In this document: positions 1-8,779 of the stretch, one piece after another
Layout of the letters: each line of letters begins with the position of its first letter
Numbering within the stretch: the first letter of the stretch is position 1
Assembly: GCA_002269645.1 (NCBI GenBank)
Contig: NIVC01004636.1
Coordinates: 1-40,019, forward strand
Direction: 5' to 3'
DNA length: 40,019 nt
From: Macrostomum lignano
Lineage: Eukaryota
Program-made: the position numbers and the translations under genes
Notes under the pieces: model-generated
Told to the model about the DNA's origin: nothing
Databases searched by the model: none
Seen by the model: only the letters and a program-made list of their open reading frames with translations

Positions 1-544
1 TTATTGATTAAAGTAAATATATCGCGCATTTTGTTGTAATGATTTAATTATTTTTTATCGGATTTTTGTAATTTGAGGATTGTGATATTGCCGACTTATG
101 TTCAAGCAGTCTTCTAATTTTCGAATAATATGATATCTGATGACTAGCTATTATTTCGAACTCAATGCTCAACATATCGCATAAGAAAGTTAATCCAACT
201 GTTTTAGCAATTAAATAGACGCACCAATTTTTGCAGCATCAATTTTAATATTTTTCTGATTCAACGTTCAAACACTCCAAACAAAAATTTTTAGAATCAA
301 TCACACCATACCTTACTTTAATTATTTTTCTTTTAACTTGTAAACCTCAAATACAAAATAGAGGCGCAAACTCTAGTACTCTATAACAAACCTATATATT
401 ACAAGTGCATAGACTAGAATGAGTAAAATTAAAGTACACACGGGAATACATGTACATGCACATGTATAACAGTAGTAAATTATATAGGATTCGTCATTAT
501 CACATTTTTAACTGAAGGATGCACTGAAGGGTATATTATTAAAT

Positions 545-548
545 GAAA
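545..548. other. Target-site duplication, left copy (GAAA)
   Basis: GAAA directly before the LTR start matches GAAA at 13484-13487. Confidence 0.85.
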
Positions 549-2533
549 TGATGGGTTTCGACCTTCGACTCCTTGTTAGGGAAGCCTTCGGGCCTCAGGC
601 TCAGAAATAAATCAATTAGAGACCTGGCCCCCCACTCCTGTCAGATGGTCAGCCCCATGGTAGCTTGATCGTGTGGCGAGCAGTCTAGGTCCTATAGCTA
701 AGAGAGGGACAGCGAGAGACGAGCAGGGAGAATTTTGAAAGTAGAAATTAGCTAATCCGCAGATCAACTAACTTGCTGCCACCAGCCCGTACGCCCTGGC
801 TCACCACACCGGGACTCTCGAAATCGGGCTTCCGACTAGAAGGGGCTTTGCACTTACCTGCCAACTAGTGTCTTTTTGCTGTCAATCTCGAAGTCATAGC
901 CGATGTTAAGGGACACTGCTGGGACTAGATCGCGTTGGCCATGCAGGTACAGAGGGGACTTGTGCAGGGGATTCTTGCGGTGGCGAGTCTATGGGGTAGC
1001 TACCTGTACTATTACATTGCTAAATACGAAGATATGTACTTTTGGCCTTCAACGCGCCAACTAGCCTCTCATAGCGCTGATGATAGACTGACTCGAACTT
1101 CAGAGACCGCATGATTCATTTACCCGAGCCGCTTGGCTACCCTAGAGTGCACAAAGTACATCTCTGGCGCCGATCCTGCACTTCTGGCAGTTTTGCTCAC
1201 TGATTTGATAGATTGGTCGACTGAGAACTGCCTTGCCATTGGTCCACTGTGACCGGCGCCTACTAGCCTAGCTACTCATCTGAGCCATCGGCGAACAAAG
1301 AAATAAAACCGACAAAAATAACTGTTAGATTTAACCTTCTCCTTAGTTCACTTCACACCTCGGATTGAATTGGAGTCTTAGACTACTAGCAGTATTATTG
1401 AATGATTCCTGCCTCAGCAACAGCACTACTGAACAAAATGAGCAAAAGTGTGCGCCTAATTCAGCTACTGCAACAGGGGACAGATAAGGGATCACCCAAT
1501 CAAGCAAGTCTAGGTAGCCTCTCACCCAACCAATCAGAAACTCAACAGCCGGAGACCAGGTAATCCACAGTGACCGAATCGGCTCGATGCTCTGCAGCTG
1601 TAGACTCGGAATGATGCTGTCACACTCTTCGCTGTTAGCTAGCAGGTGATGCTCTTAACTTGATGTTCGCTGCTGTCGACCGGGGGACTCGTCCTTGATG
1701 ATGATGGGGGAAGTCGCAATCCGGGGATCAAGAAACGACGGTCGTGCTCTGGGAACCAGAAGTTGCGCGCTGGGCCCGAGCCAAAGTTGAGTCCGAGCGG
1801 GCCAAAAACTCCGGTTTAAATAGCCGCCAACTGGACCGCAGTTTGTTATAATGGAACACGTCGATTCTGATTGGCTGAGCCGTTTTGTTAAAATGAGCGC
1901 CGAATTTTCTGATTGGCTAAGCTTGTTGCTACCCAGAATCACGTGACCGAGAGATCCTATCAGTTCCCACAGGGTCGTAAAAAGATGACAGGTGCGGCCA
2001 TAAATCACTCAAAATCGCAACAAAATGATTTATGACTTTTCGCGTAGGATTGACAGAAATTAATGAAAAAATATACATTAGAAAGCTCTTATTAAATAGA
2101 AAGTGAAGATAATGAAGAGAAATCGCTAATCGCTAATCCCAAGGTACTTTTAGGGGTAAAACGCATAGCTGTCAAAGCTGTCACACGCTTGAGTGAACCG
2201 AACAATAGGCTCTGACCTCGTAAATCTTGATGGCCTGTCAAGATAATGAGAAAAAAGCTACCGCCCGCATCCTCTCAGACCATCTGGCGCCCGCTTCAAC
2301 ACTGAGTGAGGCGCAGGTGGCTGTCAGACCAACTTTGAAAGCGATGATTTATGACCCAAAAAGCTGCGCCTATGTTATTATGACTACTAGTATGACCAGA
2401 CATTATATCTAGTATAGTTTCTATGAAAATTCGCAGAAAAAGGATAAAAATGCCCATTGCCCACTGTTAGTAGGCAAGTAAGTTTAGAGCCCATGTGCTA
2501 GCGCGGGATTTGGGAAAAAGTGCGTCCTCATCA
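549..2533 (-). repeat. 3' LTR (1985 bp)
   Basis: By eye it differs from 11498-13483 only by three 1-nt indels (near 566, 1268, 2198). The ORF track gives identical peptides in both copies. Confidence 0.97.
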
Positions 2534-2536
2534 TAT

Positions 2537-2549
2537 GCCCCCCCTATTT
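2537..2549 (-). other. Polypurine tract
   Basis: Minus strand AAATAGGGGGGGC, 3 nt before the TGATG start of the 3' LTR. Confidence 0.8.
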
Positions 2550-4469
2550 GTGAGTTGATCGCAGATTAACTCAAAAACAAAGAAGAAAAATGAGCGCAGT
2601 TTTGTACAAAATCGCAGCTAGCGCATCGAAAAGAGTAGTAAAAATAAAACTAGTTACTCACAAATAGGTATTAAAAATATTACACTAATACGCATCCCAA
2701 GAATGGAAATCCCAAAAGAGAAAGAAATTGGGGAAAGGGAAGGATTTGAAGAAAGAAAGGGATCAAGAGAAAGGTGCTTCAACTAAATATTGCATTGCAA
2801 ATACAGTATCAAGTGCGAGATACACGTAAGGGGATAATAGACAGATAAATTATTGCCACGCGAGAAGACAAAATTCAAAATGTGCGAAATGGAATAAACA
2901 GCGCATGTTCGATGAGACTAAGCTTCATTGTTCGCGTTCGAGTCAGTCTCGATTCTACCTGTTAAGCCTCTTGATGGCTTATTTCCTTCGCCGCGCGGCC
3001 GACCCGAGCCAGGATGGGCGAGGAGCTTGGGAAATGCGTTGCACATTCTCCCCTCCCGCCTGTGGAGTCCACGTGCCTGGGGTTGCCGTGCTCATCTGGC
3101 GGCAGCCGACGAATGGCGACCCTCAGAGGATTAAGGGACCCTCGAGTCATCCTTGCTGACTGGCTGAGACGCTGCTGGGGGAGAATGATCTCAACCACCT
3201 CGAGTTCGCAGGGAGATAAAAGCGACTGACCACTCAGGTCATCCACAAATTATGATTTTCATCTTCAAATCCTGCGTCAGCCTCCGATTTGCCAGCCAGC
3301 GCTTCGCCACCACCACCTTTGCTGATTTTGCACCAAGCCAGGCCAGCCACTGCAGACCTCCGATCTTCAACTGGTAAGTCTCATCTCAGCTCTGTGATTC
3401 TCTACTGTACACGTTACTCAATCGGATAATCCCAGACCCATCCCACAGTCTCAGCAGCCTTCAGGGTACACTCCCTCCTACTCACTTGCCCATTCAGTGC
3501 TGTGCAGATAGGTACTTTAAGATGTATTATTAATAGAGTTTCAGATAAGAGGCAGAATAATTTTGAGCACTAGTGTTAAATTTTAAAAGTTCTTTCAAAG
3601 ATTTTTGTCTTCAAGACTCCGCTTCAATGGCATTCACTTTCAAATTTAATTCACACAATCCTATTTTGTTTTACACTCAGTATTACTACATATCAGTAGT
3701 ATCGCACGGCCGCGAAATTCAGCTTAAATTTATCACTCCTAATTTGGTTTAGCAATTCGTATTAATTCAGGTGGACCATTCGTACCTTATTTAAGACTTT
3801 TATTAGTTTAATTATGCCTAGTATTCTTCTATATTAATGACCTAATTCGCTCATCGTTGATCTCTTTCTTCGCCTTGGCTCAGTGAGTTTAGTAACACGA
3901 GAAGTCCTAAATTTCAGTTTCAAACTTAACTCAAACCAAGGTTCAATTTCACATTTAATTTCAAAAGCACTCACGACAAATTAAGCACAATAAGCAAGCA
4001 GTCACATTCACGCACACAACATATTGTTTCCGCCACCATTTGATGAACCTTTTACGCAAAAAAATGAGCAAAGAAGAAATTAGGCAAGACAAAATAAGCA
4101 ATGACACAACAGAGAGAGAAATACGCGGAGATAAATAGTGGCACAACATTGAGTATAAATATAAAAAACGCATTCTCAAAGCACCGGGGGGTATTTACAG
4201 GGGAATCGGGGGTGCAAAAGACAGTATGAGCAAGCAATAGTTCACGCAATAAGGGGATATATTTACAAGGGGCATAGCAGCACAAAAAAAGAAAAATAGG
4301 GGGTTCGAAATTTGCTCCGGCATGACAATAACTTGGTTAAAAGTTGAACATGTAAATATAGGTACTATTCGTTAACTAATCACTTGAGCCGAACGACTTA
4401 ATCGAAAGATTACGTAAAATATTTTCCCTAATTAAAAGATTGTTTACATCAGTCCCTCCCTTGGTCTTC

Positions 4470-5636
4470 TCACTCTTGGTTGGCATTCTGGCTTCGCTGA
4501 TGCCTCACCGCCAGGCTCAACTCCCAAATCTTCTGGGCGGCTTCAAGAGCAGCAGACCTCTTGAGGACCGAACGCGGGGGGTCCTCGCCGCGGTGGAAAA
4601 CGTCGTTGAGCAGGTCGTAAGCGAGCCTCAAACGGGGGTACCCGGCCCCGCGCACCAACTCATTGTAAAGCTGGTTTCGCTCGAGCTGCTCGGGCGAAAG
4701 CAGCCAAAACCGCTCGTTAGCCGGGACCACAATCAGACGCTCGCGCAGGCGCTGGGGGCAGGGCTGCAGGAGCGGCAGGCCGCCCCAGTTCTCGGGGGCC
4801 TCGCCGACTGCCAGTATCAGCACCGTCGAGTCCAGACAGTCTTGCAGTGCCAGCTGTGCGGCCCATTCGCCCGCTTGGTGAGGCGCGTAGATGAGCAGCG
4901 CTGGCGTGAGGTCGGTAGCCAGCGCAAACAGACCATCATGGAAGACGATAGTATCGGCGCCGCGTAAGCCTAGCACTAGTCGGGCGTACATGACCATCTG
5001 TAGAGCCGTCAGATGGACTTCGTGCCGGCTCAACATGGAGATGATGTTCGCCGCTGCAGCCGGAGTCAGGCCACGATCGACCGCCGCCGGATAGGGGAAG
5101 GCGAGCAGCTGGGCCAGGTACATGACCGCCCGCCCCGGGTTGTTCAGCTGTAGCGGGGCCAGCCGCTGGATTAGATTTGGCCACCTCGTCGCTGTCGGCC
5201 ATGGGCCCGCACTTTCAACCTCGCGGAAGTGTCGGCTCAGCGCGTCGTAGGCCTCGCCGATGATCACGCGCCATAGGCTGTTGTCGACGTCGGCCCAGGA
5301 GTAGGCCAGCTCCGTGCCCATCAATGTTGCCGCTCGAGCGTGGGCAGCTCTTAAGGAGTGTCTCTCATCGATAGCTTGCTGGGCAGCGGGTAGCAGGGTG
5401 TAGTGCAAGGGACCCTCTCCATGAAGGCGGGTGCCCAGCTGTCCCAGCACTCGCTCCTTCGCATTTTGCTCAAGCTGTTCGTGTCTCTCTTCGCCTTCCA
5501 GGTGCCGTAGACCACTCAGGATGGCCGGACGCTCTCCCGTGCTCCCCAGCCCGCCTCGGCTGTGCGGACTGGTCGCGCCGGACGACAGCGGTGAGTGCAC
5601 TTCTTCTTTGATAGCGCTAACCAAGAAGGCTTCCAT
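4470..5636 (-). CDS. Unknown intact ORF3 of the LTR element (388 aa from the first ATG)
   Basis: Long, GC-rich, stop-free ORF with normal protein composition, where pol/env would lie. No signal peptide, TM segment, YXDD, DDE or zinc motif recognised. Confidence 0.7.
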   Translation of the reverse strand: MEAFLVSAIKEEVHSPLSSGATSPHSRGGLGSTGERPAILSGLRHLEGEERHEQLEQNAKERVLGQLGTRLHGEGPLHYTLLPAAQQAIDERHSLRAAHARAATLMGTELAYSWADVDNSLWRVIIGEAYDALSRHFREVESAGPWPTATRWPNLIQRLAPLQLNNPGRAVMYLAQLLAFPYPAAVDRGLTPAAAANIISMLSRHEVHLTALQMVMYARLVLGLRGADTIVFHDGLFALATDLTPALLIYAPHQAGEWAAQLALQDCLDSTVLILAVGEAPENWGGLPLLQPCPQRLRERLIVVPANERFWLLSPEQLERNQLYNELVRGAGYPRLRLAYDLLNDVFHRGEDPPRSVLKRSAALEAAQKIWELSLAVRHQRSQNANQE

Positions 5637-6134
5637 GTCTTCGCAGATGCACAAAGCTCTCACTTATAAACAGAGGATCACAGCTAGCAGAATGCTTTTA
5701 GCTCGCAGAAAGTCAAATTGAATTACAGTCAAAGTTTTCCTTTTTGTATTCGGAAAAAATCAGATAACAGTAAACAGAGGGTGGGGCGACTCCACGTCAG
5801 AGTCACCCTCAGATTGATACAAATCATTTGGGGCGCATAGTAGAAAAAACTCATTATGAGGGCCAATAAAACATTTGAGCTCAACAGACCGTCAATTTTT
5901 TGCAAGAGGAACAAAAAACGAGGGTTACAATGGGGGTCGAAATGTGCATGGGGTGCATGGGGGGGGGGAAGGAGAACGGGAGCGGGGACCAGAGGAGGGA
6001 AGAGATGAGGGATCCCTGCAGACTAGCTGGGGGACTAAAAATAGCTACGGCGGATTTCCCCAAGTGAAGAATTGGCTCCTCAAAGTTATGTTAATTGGAC
6101 TATGAACTCAAAGCGATTCAGAATTTCAAGCTAA

Positions 6135-6731
6135 TCCCAATCCTGGCAGCTTCAATCCCTCTCTACCCCTAACCTGCGTCTACCTTTCCACCTCACACCC
6201 GCAGAGGGCGCGCTAATTCTACAACAGAGCCTTATCCTGGGCAAGAGGCTCATTCATGGCGCATTCTCAGTCCTGCCAACAGAGGTGATAGCCCATGGAG
6301 ACGGCCAGCTGACACTCCGGCCCCGAGCCGGGACTGCTGCTCCGCCTCTAATAGAGGCCACCTTTGCTGACCGCGGCGTGGCTGGACCCGCCCGGAGTGG
6401 AGGAGGTCGCAGCAGCGGTCGCAGTCGGGGTCGGGGCACGCCCAGTAGCAGCGGCACCCGCCCAACTACCGCGGGCACCTCTACCCCCATCGGACACTAC
6501 AGTGCTAGCACACCGGAGGCCTCATCAATTTCCGCCTTGGACTCCATTCAAGAGGAGCCCTCAGGTGCGCCTTCCGGTGCTCAACCTGCGGCACCCGCAA
6601 CAGCTGACCTCTCGGTGCGGCTGCAGCAACACGCTAGCGCCTTGCAGGCCTCTGACCATGGCTGCCCTGAACACGACCGCACCGTCGAGTTGTTAATGCA
6701 GGCGGCCGCCCAGCTCAGCGGTGCCAACTAA
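6135..6731 (+). CDS. Antisense open frame in the element (198 codons; S/G/R/P/A-rich with a helical C-terminus); start uncertain
   Basis: Stop-free 6135-6731. Candidate acceptor cccgcag at 6204; in-frame ATG at 6102 is cut by TAA at 6132. Followed by an AT-rich 3' region and AATAAA at 7031. Confidence 0.4.
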   Translation, partial: SQSWQLQSLSTPNLRLPFHLTPAEGALILQQSLILGKRLIHGAFSVLPTEVIAHGDGQLTLRPRAGTAAPPLIEATFADRGVAGPARSGGGRSSGRSRGRGTPSSSGTRPTTAGTSTPIGHYSASTPEASSISALDSIQEEPSGAPSGAQPAAPATADLSVRLQQHASALQASDHGCPEHDRTVELLMQAAAQLSGAN

Positions 6732-7106
6732 TTCTCTATTCATGTGCCTAAGGGTTTCTGCCCTTTACCACACCACTTTCACCTTTCATTTGTCCATAAA
6801 ATCATTATCGTATTAATTGCTTTTAGATAACTTCCTAATGCCTTTCTTAATTATATAAAACGCTGCACCAGTCTATAGTATCTGTTCCTACCATTAATTC
6901 TATTAGCTATTTTAAATATACCATTTCAGCGTTAACTGCTTCATTTATAATTTGTTCTAAGAGCTTCCAATTGTTCTAAGAGCTTCATCTATTTCCTCTA
7001 TACGTCCAACCTGTCATAATACTTTCACGAAATAAACCGGATCTAGCAGAGGATAAGCAAGGGGAAAAGCGAATCGGGCCCCCGACCTTCAGAGTTCTTC
7101 AGGAAG

Positions 7107-7612
7107 TCAACAAAATGGGAGCATTTGCCCCAATACTAATAGATTTCTAGTGTGGTAATCCAACACAGCAGGTGCTGCTGCGAGGAAAGAGTTGCCCAAC
7201 AGAGGCCTCGTGCCGGGGTCACTGGCAATCAGGAACATGACAGGCATGGTCTCACTGCCTAAGATGACTGTCAGCTTAGATTGACCCACAATCTCCAGTC
7301 TATGCCCGCTATAGGAATAGATAGAAACTGTAGGGGCCTCCAACCTGTCCATATCATCGTTAGTGGCCGCCACAAAGTCTTTGAAGGGTAAGATGGAAAC
7401 TGCCGACCCAGAATCGATTAAGATTCGGACTGGCAATCTCTCTACTTGAACTTTTACATAAACATCAGCTCGAGAGCTTCTAAATGATACAGACTTCCTA
7501 GGGACAATGAAATCGGGTACAAGATTCATTTTCCTTTTGCCACTGTTTACTAAATTTGCCCTTGAAAGTACAGAAGAGGGGTGAGTGTGGGCGCCACCCA
7601 TCCCTACTCTCA
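7107..7612 (-). CDS. Retroviral-type aspartic protease, in the -1 frame relative to gag, ending in a clean stop
   Basis: ILIDSGSAVSIL active site and a C-terminal LLGNSFL...VLDY motif. The -1 frame is open across the gag stop. An in-frame ATG also exists at 7601. Confidence 0.88.
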
Positions 7613-7619
7613 GTTTTCC
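7577..7619 (-). promoter_or_regulatory. Putative -1 programmed ribosomal frameshift signal
   Basis: G_GAA_AAC immediately before the gag TGA, then a 7-nt spacer, then hairpin AGGGAUGGGUG-(GCGCCCA)-CACUCACCCCU (11 bp with one A-C mismatch and one G-U pair). Confidence 0.7.
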
Positions 7620-8779
7620 GAACCGGCTGGCCCAGACGGAAGATATAAAGAGGGCCGCTGTCTCTGCGTTCCAGGCGCCGGGGTTGGCGGGGGGCTCCAG
7701 CTCTCTTCTCCTACTCTGCTCTCTCCCTGGGTAGGAACACGCAAGGGAGGCGGGCGCGCGCGTGCACTGTTGCGCAACTGCGGGGGCCGGTAAATCTCAG
7801 TTTTTTCAATCTGCTTGGCCGGGTCACCATAAATCGCATTCTGCCTCTGTAGCACGGGCTTCTCTGACAGATTTTGAGATGAGGGGGGCGGAGACTTGCC
7901 CTCAGGCGGTTGGCTAGCTCGCTCAGTATCTTCTACCACTGTGAGGTCTCCCTCCCAATGATCTGAGTGGCTTATCATGGCCCGATCGATCTTCTCCGCT
8001 ACCTGACTCATAGCGCCGTAAATCTTGCCGACGGTTTCATCAAGGCTGTTTTGGCGCTGCTGTAAATCTGTCAATGCCTCTTCTACTTCCCTTCCTTCCT
8101 CTGACTCCAGCATGCGGACCCACCTGCGCTGATATTCTCTGTCGCTGGGGCGATTTTGATCTCTGTTTCTCTCGTCCCTACGCTGATCATATCTGGGCTG
8201 GTCTCGCGCTAAGCGCCGGGAAATCTCATCTGCCTCTTGGAGATTCTGCTGAGCTGCCAGCACTTCATCAATGCTGCGAAACTGTTGCCCTAGCAGCGAC
8301 TTGCGCACATCTGGGGCAATATCAGCCGTTTCCAAGTAGGCGAAGATCACCTCCGACTCTAACTGTCTAGGACTCATGTCGGGGTAAGCAGAAGCTATCA
8401 CACTACGCACCATGGCCGAGTAGGCGTGGTGATTCTGGCCTGCTTTCTGTTTCAAATTCCGGACTTTGTTCCTCTTCGCTAATTCTGAACTGGCCTCTCC
8501 TACCTGGCGACCTAACCTTTCTATGAATTCTTCGAAGTCAAGGCCGGGATGGAGGGCAATAGCAAGACTCTGCAGATCTGGGGGGAGGAGCGAGATTACT
8601 GTGCTCTTCTTCTGCTCTCTGTCCCTAATCTCTTCAGATCTGAGTTTGAATTTGACTCTGTCAACCCACTGTGGGAAGCAGGATTCTGCTGGGTTGAATT
8701 TCTCAACGCTAATCTTGACACTCTGTGTCTCTCTGCCCAATCCAATAGCTGCAAGGGCTTGCGCTAATTGGGCTGCCAT
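7610..8779 (-). CDS. gag: Gag-like capsid protein (389 aa)
   Basis: Intact ORF first after the PBS and leader; ATG in gacATGG context. Retrotransposon Gag-type N-terminal region (VEKFNP...QWVDRVKFKL...VISLLP), R/D-rich and coiled-coil segments, no CCHC knuckle. Confidence 0.8.
   Translation of the reverse strand: MAAQLAQALAAIGLGRETQSVKISVEKFNPAESCFPQWVDRVKFKLRSEEIRDREQKKSTVISLLPPDLQSLAIALHPGLDFEEFIERLGRQVGEASSELAKRNKVRNLKQKAGQNHHAYSAMVRSVIASAYPDMSPRQLESEVIFAYLETADIAPDVRKSLLGQQFRSIDEVLAAQQNLQEADEISRRLARDQPRYDQRRDERNRDQNRPSDREYQRRWVRMLESEEGREVEEALTDLQQRQNSLDETVGKIYGAMSQVAEKIDRAMISHSDHWEGDLTVVEDTERASQPPEGKSPPPSSQNLSEKPVLQRQNAIYGDPAKQIEKTEIYRPPQLRNSARARPPPLRVPTQGESRVGEESWSPPPTPAPGTQRQRPSLYLPSGPAGSEN

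Noticed and set aside
1075-1100. CTGATGA...GAAC in the LTR, and TGATGAGGAC / GTCGAAAC at the LTR ends, as hammerhead ribozyme cores
   Set aside because: No valid stem II, GAAA core or stems I/III; the end motifs are just the LTR termini.
1343-2412. 60-, 117- and 61-aa ORFs within the LTR (and copies at 12292-13362)
   Set aside because: Short, with no motifs; duplicated only because the LTR is duplicated.
2905-3374. GC-rich patch with several 68-94-aa ORFs and a gtaagt donor at 3375
   Set aside because: No frame stays open or shows homology; it may be a decayed cargo gene, but I cannot support a call.
4440-4967. 175-aa plus-strand ORF
   Set aside because: Antisense shadow of GC-rich ORF3.
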